A DNA stretch of 64,000 nucleotides, from contig JACRJB010000006.1 in NCBI GenBank assembly GCA_016215605.1, forward strand, positions 3,842 through 67,841, written 5' to 3'. The position numbers and the translations under genes were made by a program. This document shows positions 44,100 through 53,261 of this stretch, piece after piece; within the stretch, counting starts at the first letter, position 1, and the number at the start of each line of letters is the position of its first letter. Below the pieces are notes generated by a model. It worked only from the letters and a program-made list of their open reading frames with translations. It was not told where the DNA came from and ran no database searches. The stretch is from Rhodopseudomonas palustris. GTDB lineage: Bacteria > Pseudomonadota > Alphaproteobacteria > Rhizobiales > Xanthobacteraceae.

Positions 44100-45518
44100 C
44101 TATTCCTGCAGCAGGCGCTTGAGCGACTCGACCTCGTCGCTCAGCGTGTTGTCCTTGGACACCAGACCTTCGATCTTGCGCACGGCGTGCAGCACCGTGG
44201 TGTGGTCGCGCCCGCCGAAGCGGCGGCCGATTTCCGGCAGCGAGCGCAGCGTCAGCGTCTTGGCCAGATACATCGCCACCTGGCGCGGCCGCACCACATT
44301 GGCGGTGCGGCGCGACGACAGCAGGTCGGAGCGGCTGACGTTGTATTGCCGCGCGACGACGCGCTGGATGTCCTCGATCTTGATCCGCTTCGGCTCCTGC
44401 GGCCGGATCAGGTCGCGCACCTCGTGCTCGGCCATTTCCAGCGTCACCGGCTGGGCGTTGAGCTTGGAGTGCGCCAGCAGGCGGTTGATCGCGCCCTCGA
44501 GGTCGCGGCCGTTATGCGTGATGGCACGCGCCAGATATTCCAGAACCGGCTGCGGCACGTCGAAGCTCGCATGATGCGCGCGCGCCGCGACCACGCGCGA
44601 CTTCAGGATGCCGAGCCGCAGGTCTTCGCCGAGCGGCGCCATTTCGACCACCAGACCGCCGGCGAGCCGCGAGCGCACCCGCTCGTCGAGGCTTTCGAGA
44701 TCGGCCGGCGGACGATCGGCCGCGACCACCACCTGGCGGCCGGCGTCGATCAGCGCGTTCAGCGTGTGGCAGAACTCGGCCTGGGTGGTCTTGCCCTGCA
44801 GGAACTGCAGATCGTCGATCACCAGCACGTCGATGCCGCGCAGCGCTTCCTTGAAGGCGAGCGAGGTCTGCGTCTTCAGCGCGGCGACGAAGCCGTACAT
44901 GAACTTCTCGGCGGTGAGATACAGCACCTTGCGCTCGGTGCCGGAATTGCCGGCCCAGGTCACCGCCTGCAGCAGATGCGTCTTGCCGAGGCCGACGCCG
45001 GAATGGATGTACAGCGGGTTGAACATCACCGGATCGCCGCGGCGGCCTTCGGCCACCTGCTTGGCGGCGGCATGCGCCAGCGTGTTGGAACGGCCGACCA
45101 CGAAGCTCGCGAACGTCAGGCGCGGATCGAGCGGCGAGCCGCCGAGCGCGTCGTGGCTGGTCGAGGCCGGCGCGGTGGCGTAGTTGCGCGTGTCGGTCGC
45201 CGGACGATGTTCGTCGCGGCGCTGCTCGGCCGGCGCCGGCGCTTCCTTGGTGGTGGCGGCGCGCATCGGCGATCGCACGGTGAGATCGATGCGGCAGACT
45301 TCCGGCATTTCCGCCTGCCAGCAGGTCAGCACCTTGTCGGAGTAGTGGGTCTGGATCCAGCTCTTCAGAAACCGGGTCGGCACCGACAGATGCACGCTCT
45401 CCTGCTGAACGGCTTCGAGATCCATGCGCGCGAACCAACTCGAATAGACGTCCTCGCCGACGCTCGAGCGCAACCGGCCTTTGACGCGAGACCAGCGATC
45501 ATGTTCCATATTCGACAT
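44100..45518 (-). CDS. dnaA: Chromosomal replication initiator DnaA
   Basis: [46 protein letters not shown]. Confidence 0.98.
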   Translation of the reverse strand: MSNMEHDRWSRVKGRLRSSVGEDVYSSWFARMDLEAVQQESVHLSVPTRFLKSWIQTHYSDKVLTCWQAEMPEVCRIDLTVRSPMRAATTKEAPAPAEQRRDEHRPATDTRNYATAPASTSHDALGGSPLDPRLTFASFVVGRSNTLAHAAAKQVAEGRRGDPVMFNPLYIHSGVGLGKTHLLQAVTWAGNSGTERKVLYLTAEKFMYGFVAALKTQTSLAFKEALRGIDVLVIDDLQFLQGKTTQAEFCHTLNALIDAGRQVVVAADRPPADLESLDERVRSRLAGGLVVEMAPLGEDLRLGILKSRVVAARAHHASFDVPQPVLEYLARAITHNGRDLEGAINRLLAHSKLNAQPVTLEMAEHEVRDLIRPQEPKRIKIEDIQRVVARQYNVSRSDLLSSRRTANVVRPRQVAMYLAKTLTLRSLPEIGRRFGGRDHTTVLHAVRKIEGLVSKDNTLSDEVESLKRLLQE

Positions 45519-45678
45519 TTCAGCAGCTTTTCAGATTGAGTGATGGTCAACGCGGCGGGCAAAACCATGACGGTTTCACGCCACGCCGCGGCGTCGCGAA
45601 GCAAACTCCGGACGCGGATCTTCCGTTCGGCAACGCGCCGACGTCAGTCCGGGATCCGATTAATGGGGTTGCTTCAGG

Positions 45679-45807
45679 TCAGCGCGGACTCGACGGATGC
45701 ACCGGAGTTCGGGCGCTGCTGCGACTGATGATGGTGGTGGAGCTCTTGAAATAATCTCGGTCCGAAACATCGGCATGCTGGAATGAAGCGTGGAATTCGT
45801 TGCTCAT
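45679..45807 (-). CDS. Candidate 42-aa upstream ORF in the dnaA leader
   Basis: GGAGGGGGAGG RBS, then MSNEFHASFQHADVSDRDYFKSSTTIISRSSARTPVHPSSPR. Confidence 0.4.
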   Translation of the reverse strand: MSNEFHASFQHADVSDRDYFKSSTTIISRSSARTPVHPSSPR

Positions 45808-46239
45808 GAAACCTCCCCCTCCTGACGCGCTTGCACGCGGCAAGATGTCGTCAAACCCCGAGTCAATTCTTCGTCCAATGCCGCGTCGTCGTCTTTCGTG
45901 CCAGCCGGTTGCCGCTCGCCGCGTCGTTCTTCGTCGGGAGCGTTCGCAAGCGAACGCCACACGAATTCGGACACAGCTTCGCCGGTCTCATATTGCTATG
46001 AGTGACAACCCGGCTGTCATTTGAAAAACGCCGCGAACACGCATACCGCCGCCGATCTGCATGCCCGCCCCTGGTTCTCAAACCGCGCTGATCTGAAGAA
46101 CCGTGGGCGTCGCGGGCGATCTAAGAAATACACGACCGCCGTTTTGCCGCAACGAATATGATTCGATCGGAGCGTCGCAAAACCCGGCGCGAGGTCCGCG
46201 CGATTAGGCAGTCGTACTTTTCGGCAACGGCAAGATTTT

Positions 46240-46270
46240 GAATCTGTGCACAGATTCGCAATGTGGATGA
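46240..46270. promoter_or_regulatory. Palindrome with two GANTC sites next to a DnaA G-box
   Basis: GAATCTGTGCACAGATTC (46240-46257) and TGTGGATGA, i.e. TCATCCACA on the minus strand (46262-46270). Confidence 0.55.
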
Positions 46271-46782
46271 GGCGTGACAAATCCAGCGCACGCCTAAAAG
46301 TTTTTCATGAATCCTTTACCTTTGACGGCTGCGCGACGGGCTTTTCAAAGTGCTCGTCTGCGCTTTGCCGATAAGTGTTTCGCTGACCGCGTTTTTTCGT
46401 GAGCGTTCAGACAGGGTAACCCACGCCGCGCGTGCACTGCGTAAGGTTCCGAGGTCAGCGATGCCGCGTTGATACGATCGCCGACGCGTCGCGAGTTCCG
46501 ATTGTGCCACAGTGCTTTTTTAAACAGCGTCTAGACTGCTTGACGATCGCGCACGACGCGCATCGCGCAGCATTGCGCGCGGACGAACGATCGTCGACAC
46601 GCGTGCACTGCGTTTACCATGCGGATGTGTGACGAGCGTCGCGATCGCGCATCGCGCGATGCGGAAGCAAGCGAAGAAAAATTTCAGCGAAATCGATGCG
46701 TCGACGGAATGCAATCCGCGTCGGAACGCCGGCGCGCAAACGGCGCGCGTGTTGCGCGCAAAAAAGCGGGCGTGTTGCGCGC

Positions 46783-46812
46783 AAAAAAAAATGCCCGGCC
46801 GAGCCGGGCATC
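46783..46812 (-). terminator. rpsT intrinsic terminator
   Basis: gatgcccggc-tcg-gccgggcat followed by a U9 run. Confidence 0.85.
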
Positions 46813-46835
46813 TGATTCTGTTCTGAACTTGAGAA

Positions 46836-47102
46836 TTACTTCCCGAGTTGCGCGATCCGATGCGCGAGACGCGACACCTTCCGGCTCGCGGCGTTCTTGT
46901 GAACGATGTTGCGCTGGGCGGCGCGCATCAGCGCCGGCTCGGCATTCGCCATCGCCTTCAGCGCGGCCTCGCGGTCGCCGCTGGCGATCGCTTCTTCGAC
47001 GGTCCGAACCGAACCGCGCATCTGGGTGCGGCGCGACTTGTTGACCGCGGTGCGCCGGGCAATCTTGCGAGTCGCTTTCTTCGCGGAAGACGTATTGGCC
47101 AT
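46836..47102 (-). CDS. rpsT: 30S ribosomal protein S20
   Basis: [25 protein letters not shown]...[12 protein letters not shown]. Confidence 0.98.
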   Translation of the reverse strand: MANTSSAKKATRKIARRTAVNKSRRTQMRGSVRTVEEAIASGDREAALKAMANAEPALMRAAQRNIVHKNAASRKVSRLAHRIAQLGK

Positions 47103-47288
47103 GTTCTCTCAAATCCTGCGGCGGCCTCCGCTGCGGAGGGCCGGGCTGATGGCGATGCCGCCGATGATCGGAGCCTCGCCGTGTGTTCCCGATGTTCCTG
47201 AAGCTTGTCCCTGGAGCCGGCGGGCCGAAATCGCGACGCCGCTTCAAAGAACAGCGGCGGCAGGGATGACCCCACCGCCATTGCCGGC

Positions 47289-47317
47289 CTTATAAAGCCA
47301 CCGCTTTCCAGCGTCAA
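47289..47317 (-). promoter_or_regulatory. Sigma70 promoter of rpsT
   Basis: TTGACG-N17-TATAAG; implies a 5' UTR of about 180 nt. Confidence 0.75.
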
Positions 47318-47477
47318 CGGCTGTGGCGACGGGAGTTTCCGCGCCGGCCGGCGCCGGCGGCCGCTCCGGGCCCGAAACCGCCCCTCGTCGGCCGGGATAA
47401 GTCGCTGGCGAGGTTGTCTTTTGTGCGGCCGCCCGGTAGATGCGGCCCGGGGGCGGTCAATTCCCTTGGGGTGGACG

Positions 47478-47795
47478 ATGATCCGCGGGTTCTTTCGACT
47501 GATCGGCTTGTTGCTGCTGACCGGGGGGTTCATCTTCCTGGTCTATGACGGCGCCCGTTCGGTCGCCGACAGCTCGCTGCAATGGACCCGGCTCGGCGAG
47601 TTCTGGAACGACGTCCACCAGTCCAGCCAGCAGACCTTCCGGGTCTGGATCGAGCAGGCCGCGCCCTGGCTGTGGACCCATGTCGTCAAGCTGCTGCTGG
47701 CGCAGCCGACCTTCGCGGTGCTCGGTGGCGCCGGCCTGCTGCTGATGCTGCTGTTCCAGCGCCGCAAGCCGCTGATCGGCTACGCCCGCGATTGA
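47478..47795 (+). CDS. Hypothetical membrane protein
   Basis: 105 aa, two hydrophobic segments, YDGARS...W..LG.FW. Confidence 0.75.
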   Translation: MIRGFFRLIGLLLLTGGFIFLVYDGARSVADSSLQWTRLGEFWNDVHQSSQQTFRVWIEQAAPWLWTHVVKLLLAQPTFAVLGGAGLLLMLLFQRRKPLIGYARD

Positions 47796-47965
47796 CGGGC
47801 GCCGCGGCGCCGTCTGCCGTAACAACCCTGTCGGTTGCGGCGTAGACACCTATATCCAGAATTCAGTTGAGAGCCGGTGGCGACAGCGTCAGGCTGCGCC
47901 CGGCGTTCATCGAGCAACAGGGCGGCCGGGCGAGATGGATCGCCGCGGCGCGCCGGGAGGTGTCC

Positions 47966-48622
47966 ATGTTCTTCATGCGCAAGTCGACCGCGATGCCGAG
48001 CCGCAGCGAGGCGCTGCCGGGCCGCGCCACGCCGATCCCCACCGCGCGCAGCCATTTCGTCAACGGCCACCCGATCCAGCCGCCTTATCCGTCAGGGCTG
48101 CAGCAGGCGGTGTTCGGGCTCGGCTGCTTCTGGGGTGCGGAGCGTAAATTCTGGGAACTCGGCGACGGCGTCTACAGCACGGCGGTCGGTTACGCCGGCG
48201 GCTACACGCCGAACCCGACCTATGAGGAGGTCTGCTCCGGCCGCACCGGCCACACCGAAGTGGTGCAGGTGGTGTTCGATCCGACCAAGATCTCCTACGA
48301 GACGCTGCTGAAGACGTTCTGGGAGAGCCACGACCCGACCCAGGGGATGCGCCAGGGCAACGACGTCGGCTCGCAATATCGCTCGGCGATCTACACCTTC
48401 GGCGACGCACAGGCGCGCGCCGCGGCCGCGTCGCGCGACGCCTATCAGCAGGCGCTCGCCGCCAAGCGGCTCGGGCCGATCACCACCGAGATCGCGCCAG
48501 CTGCGGAGTTCTATTTCGCCGAGGACTATCACCAGCAATATCTGGCAAAGAATCCGGCCGGCTATTGCGGCCTCGGCGGCACCGGCGTGTCCTGCCCGAT
48601 CGGCGTCGGCGTCACCGCCTGA
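47966..48622 (+). CDS. msrA: Peptide methionine sulfoxide reductase A
   Basis: [29 protein letters not shown]. Confidence 0.96.
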   Translation: MFFMRKSTAMPSRSEALPGRATPIPTARSHFVNGHPIQPPYPSGLQQAVFGLGCFWGAERKFWELGDGVYSTAVGYAGGYTPNPTYEEVCSGRTGHTEVVQVVFDPTKISYETLLKTFWESHDPTQGMRQGNDVGSQYRSAIYTFGDAQARAAAASRDAYQQALAAKRLGPITTEIAPAAEFYFAEDYHQQYLAKNPAGYCGLGGTGVSCPIGVGVTA

Positions 48623-48665
48623 TACCAAGGCCCGCCTCCGGCAGGCTCTCCACGCGCACTACGCA

Positions 48666-48690
48666 CCTCTCCCGCAAGCGGGAGAGGGGG
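48666..48690. repeat. Family C single hairpin
   Basis: cctctcccgcaagcgggagagg downstream of msrA. Confidence 0.65.
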
Positions 48691-48839
48691 CGCGCTGCGG
48701 CTGGGGAGGGGCGCGCTGCGGCGAGCGGCAGACGCCTGAGTCTGAAAAGGCGCAACCGGCGAGCGCCCCGCGAAACTACGCAACCGCCAACAATTTGTTA
48801 ACCCTAACGGGGCATAAACGGAGCATCTCGTGGAGAGGG

Positions 48840-49499
48840 ATGCCTCCAGTGCGTTTGGACCGTGCGTTTCGATTGTCGATCATTGCGGTGACCGCCGCGC
48901 TCGCCCTCGGCGGCTGCATGCGGCGCCAGGGTCCTGTCGCCGTCCAGCCCTCGAACACGCTCGACAGCATGGCCTATGGCGGCGGTTATGCCCCGGCCGG
49001 TCCTGTCGCCTACGCGGCCACGCCGCCGGCCGGTCCGCAGCCCGAATATCGCCTCGACGCCGGCGACAAGCTGCGCATCGTGGTCTACGGCCAGGAAGGT
49101 CTCACCAATACCTACGCGATCGATGCGTCCGGTTCGATCACCATGCCGCTGATCGGCAGCGTGCCGGCGCGCGGCCGAACCGCAGCCGGCCTCGCCGCCG
49201 CGGTCACCGCGCGGTTGCGCAACGGCTTCATCCGCGAGCCTTCGGTGGCGGTCGAGATCGACTCCTACCGGCCGTTCTTCATTCTCGGCGAAGTGCTGGC
49301 GCCCGGCCAATATCCCTATGTGCCGAACATGACCGTCGAGAGCGCGGTCGCGATCGCCGGCGGCTTCTCGCCGCGCGCCCGCCGCGACAGCGTGACGCTG
49401 ACGCATCCGCAGGACGGCGTCATGGTCCGCGCCGTCGTCCCGCTCGGCACGCCGCTGACACCCGGCGACACCGTGCTGGTCAGCGAACGCTGGTTCTGA
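48840..49499 (+). CDS. Polysaccharide export lipoprotein (Poly_export/SLBB)
   Basis: Lipobox LALGGC, YRLDAGDKL, GSITMPLIG, GEVLAPGQY, AIAGGF. Confidence 0.88.
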   Translation: MPPVRLDRAFRLSIIAVTAALALGGCMRRQGPVAVQPSNTLDSMAYGGGYAPAGPVAYAATPPAGPQPEYRLDAGDKLRIVVYGQEGLTNTYAIDASGSITMPLIGSVPARGRTAAGLAAAVTARLRNGFIREPSVAVEIDSYRPFFILGEVLAPGQYPYVPNMTVESAVAIAGGFSPRARRDSVTLTHPQDGVMVRAVVPLGTPLTPGDTVLVSERWF

Positions 49500-49567
49500 C
49501 GTCGCGACGCGCCGAGCCTGTCGCTGAGTCCGTGCCGGATCAGGTCGATCCGGCCTGCTCCTCTTCG

Positions 49568-49957
49568 TCAAGCGGCCGTCTGGCGGCGACTGTCCTGGGT
49601 GCGGCCGTCATAGCCCCACGACTGCGCCGGCACTTCGTCGACGACCACGTAGGTCGCAGGTTGTAGCTCCGGTCCCAGCACCGCCTTCAGTACCTCCATT
49701 TCGGCCTGAATGAACCGCGCCTTCTCGTCGGCCGAATTCGTCCCCGCCGTGACCGTCGCGTGGACGTGCGCAGCGACGCCGACCGCTCGCCGCCCGATCG
49801 TCCAGCCGGCCGCAGCCGGCTGCTCTACCAGCACGCTGGTGAGGGCCCCGACTTTTCCCAGCGCCTGCTCCATCAGATCCGTCGTGGCATCCTGAAGATG
49901 CCGGATCTGTTCTGGTGTCAGCGCCGGCCCATGGACCGTGATGCGGACGAACGGCAT
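49568..49957 (-). CDS. Tautomerase superfamily protein (two beta-alpha-beta units)
   Basis: N-terminal Pro (MPFVRIT), AGTNSADEKARFI, SWGYDGRTQ. Confidence 0.8.
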   Translation of the reverse strand: MPFVRITVHGPALTPEQIRHLQDATTDLMEQALGKVGALTSVLVEQPAAAGWTIGRRAVGVAAHVHATVTAGTNSADEKARFIQAEMEVLKAVLGPELQPATYVVVDEVPAQSWGYDGRTQDSRRQTAA

Positions 49958-50096
49958 TGAATCCTTCATTGCCTCGCAAGCCCCGCGTCCTGCGGGCCGG
50001 CGGTAATGCGATTGTGTGCGTGAAGCGGGACGGTGGGACCGGATCGGCCGGGCCGCCGGCAAGTCGTGCTTGCGGCGGCCCCGGCTCCGGACCTGA

Positions 50097-50648
50097 TCAG
50101 GCCGCCTTGCGGGCCGCGATCGCCGGGAAGTCGATCTCGGTCTTGGCGACTTCGTTGATGTAGTTCGTCCAGGTGTTCAGCGCGACGTGCTGCACGATCT
50201 CGACGATTTCGGCGTCGTCGTATCCGGCCAGCTTCACCGCCCGAATGTCGTCGTCGCCGACATGGCCGCGCTCGCGCGCCACCTTGGCGGCGAAGCGGAC
50301 GGCGGCGTCCGCCTTGGTATCATTCGAGGCGCCGCTGCGATTGGCGGTGATCTCGGCGTCGTCGAGCTTGGCGAGGTTCTTGCCGATGTAGGTGTGAGCG
50401 GACAGGCAATAGTCGCAGCCGTTGATCTCGGCGACGGCGAGCGCGATGCGCTCCCGGGTCTGGGCCGACAGCGCGCCCTTGCCGAGCGCGGCCGACAGTC
50501 CGAGATAGCCTTCGAGCGCCGCGGCGCTGTTCGAGACCAGGCGGAACAGGTTCGGCACCATGCCGAGCTGCTTCTTCACCGCTTCGAGAAACGGCCGCGA
50601 GGCCTGCGGTGCAGCTTCGATCGTGGCGGGAATGGAGAGGCGGGACAT
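50097..50648 (-). CDS. AhpD/carboxymuconolactone decarboxylase family protein
   Basis: RERIALAVAEINGCDYCLSAH. Confidence 0.88.
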   Translation of the reverse strand: MSRLSIPATIEAAPQASRPFLEAVKKQLGMVPNLFRLVSNSAAALEGYLGLSAALGKGALSAQTRERIALAVAEINGCDYCLSAHTYIGKNLAKLDDAEITANRSGASNDTKADAAVRFAAKVARERGHVGDDDIRAVKLAGYDDAEIVEIVQHVALNTWTNYINEVAKTEIDFPAIAARKAA

Positions 50649-50892
50649 GAGCATTTCCTTTCGGGTCGGCCGTGTTGGTTCGGCCTTCTCGAATTAGGCC
50701 GGGGCCACGACCCCCGACAGCCGTTGATTTTGGGAGTGCGCCTCTCGTTTCCTGGGAGACGGACACCGCACCAAGCGCCCGCCGCGCCGGAGGCTCGCCG
50801 CGTTCGCGCCGCGCAGCGGGGCGAGGTCGCTTCCACAAATTCCGATTCCCGCCTAACAGTGGGGGATCGTTGCCGGTGAGCTGGAAGATCCG

Positions 50893-51798
50893 ATGGATCG
50901 GTTCGAGTCGATGTCCATCCTGCTGCAAGCCGTCGAGGCGGGGAGTCTGTCTGCCGCGGCGCGGAAGATCGGCGTGCCGCTGGCGACCGTGAGCCGCAAG
51001 GTATCCGAGCTCGAGGCGCATCTGAAGACGCGGCTGTTCAATCGCTCCGCCAAGAAGCTGTCGCTGACCGATGCCGGGCGCGACTACGTGGTCGCGTGCA
51101 AACGGATACTCGAAGACCTCGACGAGGCGGAGCGCGTCGCCTCGGGCGAATACAGCGCGCCGCGCGGCAGCCTGGTCGTCACCGCGCCGGTCGTGTTCGG
51201 GCGGATGCACCTGCTTCCGGTGATGCTGGCGTTTCTCGAGGCCTATCCGGACATCGACATCCGGTTGCTGCAATCCGACCGGGTCTCGAACCTGCTCGAA
51301 GAACATGTCGACCTCGCGGTCCGGATCGGCGAACTGCCGGACAGCAGCCTGGTGGCCACCAGGGTCGGCTCGACCCGCAAGGTGGTTTGCGGAAGTCCAA
51401 ACTATTTCGCCGCCAGAGGCGTGCCGCAAACTCCGGACGATCTGCGCACGCATCAATGCATCACCTTCGAAACGCTGGGCTCGCCGGATGCGTGGACGTT
51501 CACGATGGGCGAGGCTGATCCGTCCGTGGCGGTGCGGTCACGGCTGGTCGTCAGCACCGCCGACGCCGCAATCGATGCTGCGATCGCCGGCACCGGCGTG
51601 ACGCGGGTGCTGTCGTATCAGATCCAGGATGCGGTCAGGGATGGCCGGCTGATGGTGGTGCTGAAGCCGTTCGAGCCGGCCGCATGGCCCGTCAGTCTCG
51701 TCCATACCGGTCAGCGGCTGCTGCCGAAGAAGATGCGGGCGTTTCTGGATTTTGCCGCGCCGCGGCTCAAGGCGGCGTTGTCGAAACACGCGATCTGA
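50893..51798 (+). CDS. LysR family regulator
   Basis: GSLSAAAR, VSRKVSELE, RLFNRS, DLAVRIG. Confidence 0.93.
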   Translation: MDRFESMSILLQAVEAGSLSAAARKIGVPLATVSRKVSELEAHLKTRLFNRSAKKLSLTDAGRDYVVACKRILEDLDEAERVASGEYSAPRGSLVVTAPVVFGRMHLLPVMLAFLEAYPDIDIRLLQSDRVSNLLEEHVDLAVRIGELPDSSLVATRVGSTRKVVCGSPNYFAARGVPQTPDDLRTHQCITFETLGSPDAWTFTMGEADPSVAVRSRLVVSTADAAIDAAIAGTGVTRVLSYQIQDAVRDGRLMVVLKPFEPAAWPVSLVHTGQRLLPKKMRAFLDFAAPRLKAALSKHAI

Positions 51799-51833
51799 GC
51801 CCGCCAGCCGGTTGAGCCGTCGCTCCATCGACT

Positions 51834-51922
51834 CGTCATGGCCGGGCTTGTCCCGGCCATCCAGGTTTGCGATCCGGCGCGATTTTCAAGACGTGGATGC
51901 CGGCTATCGGCGAGGCATGGCG
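51834..51922. repeat. Family A REP plus degenerate inverted partner
   Basis: cgtcatggccgggcttgtcccggccatcca, then gtggatgccggc...gcatggcg. Confidence 0.75.
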
Positions 51923-51943
51923 GATCACTGATAGCGGACGTTG

Positions 51944-52618
51944 CTACGACTTCAGATGCGCCGCGAAGAACTCGAGGCTGCGCCGCCAGGCGAGGTCGGA
52001 GCTCGGCTTGTCGTAGCTGGCGCGCTCGTCGCAGCCGAAGCCGTGCTGGGCGCCCGGATAGACGAACACCTCGACCTCCGGGCGTTTGCTCCGGATGGTC
52101 TCGACGTCGGCGAGCGGAATGCCCGAATCCTTCTCGCCGAAATGCAGCTGCGTCGGCACGGTCGGCTTGTCGTCGGCGAAGCGGACGATGGCTCCGCCGT
52201 AATAGCCGACCGCCGCCTTCAGGCCGCCGAGCTTGGTGGCCGCCGCGAAGGCGACGCTGCCGCCGAGGCAGAAGCCGATGATCCCGACCGGGCCGACGTC
52301 GCGCACCGCGTCGATCGCCGCCTGGGTGTCGCGCAGCATCGCCGGCCAGTCGGGCGCGGCGACGAATTTGCGCGCCACCGCGACTTCGTCCGGCGAATAG
52401 CCGCTCTGGAAGTCGCGCTCGATGCGGTCGAAGATCGCCGGCGCGATCGCCGTGTAGCCGGCCGCGGCGAAGCGGTCGCACACCGCGCGGATGTGGTGAT
52501 TGACGCCGAAGATCTCCTGGATGACCACCACCGCCGCTTTCGGCGTGCCGACCGGATCGGCCCGATAGCCGCCGAGTTCGAATCCATCGTCAGCCGTCAG
52601 CGTGATGTCGTGTCCCAC
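51944..52618 (-). CDS. Dienelactone hydrolase family protein
   Basis: IQEIFGVN, GFCLGG, HFGEKD, HGFGC. Confidence 0.92.
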   Translation of the reverse strand: MGHDITLTADDGFELGGYRADPVGTPKAAVVVIQEIFGVNHHIRAVCDRFAAAGYTAIAPAIFDRIERDFQSGYSPDEVAVARKFVAAPDWPAMLRDTQAAIDAVRDVGPVGIIGFCLGGSVAFAAATKLGGLKAAVGYYGGAIVRFADDKPTVPTQLHFGEKDSGIPLADVETIRSKRPEVEVFVYPGAQHGFGCDERASYDKPSSDLAWRRSLEFFAAHLKS

Positions 52619-52666
52619 GAGTGATCCTCTTGTCGATGTTGTCTGGAGAGATGGTCGGGCGCGGCG

Positions 52667-53071
52667 CTACTGCCACATCCAGTTGCGGCCCCAGTCGCCC
52701 TTCCAGCCGGTCAGCCGGCCGTGGCGGAATTGCAGATACAGCCGGTCGCGCCGATTGAAGAAGCCGCTGCCGCCCTGGGTGCGGATCGCCAGCAGGATTT
52801 CATCGCCGGGCCGGCCGCTGACGTAGTTCAGCGGCGTGCCGAGCGCGTGTGCCGCGGTGACGGCATCCATGCCGAATGCCAGCGGCGTGGTGTTGGACTG
52901 CGTCTCGGTGAACGGCGGCGCGACGATCGCCGGCGCGAATTGTTGCGCCGAGGCCGGCGCCGCGATCAACGCCGCCGCGAGCGCCGCGGCGAGCCGGACC
53001 ATCGCGGCGCGCCGCAACGGCTGCGGCGTGGGCGCTCCGGCGATCGGTGAGTTTACGGGATGTGACATCAT
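52667..53071 (-). CDS. Hypothetical secreted protein
   Basis: Signal-like N-terminus; LYLQFRHGRLTGWKGDW; start uncertain. Confidence 0.65.
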   Translation of the reverse strand: MMSHPVNSPIAGAPTPQPLRRAAMVRLAAALAAALIAAPASAQQFAPAIVAPPFTETQSNTTPLAFGMDAVTAAHALGTPLNYVSGRPGDEILLAIRTQGGSGFFNRRDRLYLQFRHGRLTGWKGDWGRNWMWQ

Positions 53072-53261
53072 GGTCCTCTCGATCGCGCGATCATAGCGGC
53101 GGCTTGCGCCGAAGCCGAGCGTGCAACTGATCAAATCCGGACAATGTCGATCAAATTGCGCTGGAAAAAACATCCGTCATTAAGAATGCCCATTAAGCAG
53201 TGGGAACCAATTTCCCGCTAGGGATGTCCTCGGCCCACGTTCTATCCCATTCGGTGATTTC

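Noticed and set aside
45519-46835. Firm oriC annotation
   Set aside because: Only one good DnaA box was seen and skew cannot be computed here.
48684-48722. Tandem gaggggcgcgctgcggc duplication
   Set aside because: Short local duplication at a family C hairpin edge; no independent function evident.
53178-53197. TTAA-N9-TTAA as a CtrA box; also TTAACCCT at about 48800
   Set aside because: Spacing is 9, not 7; the second is a half-site only.
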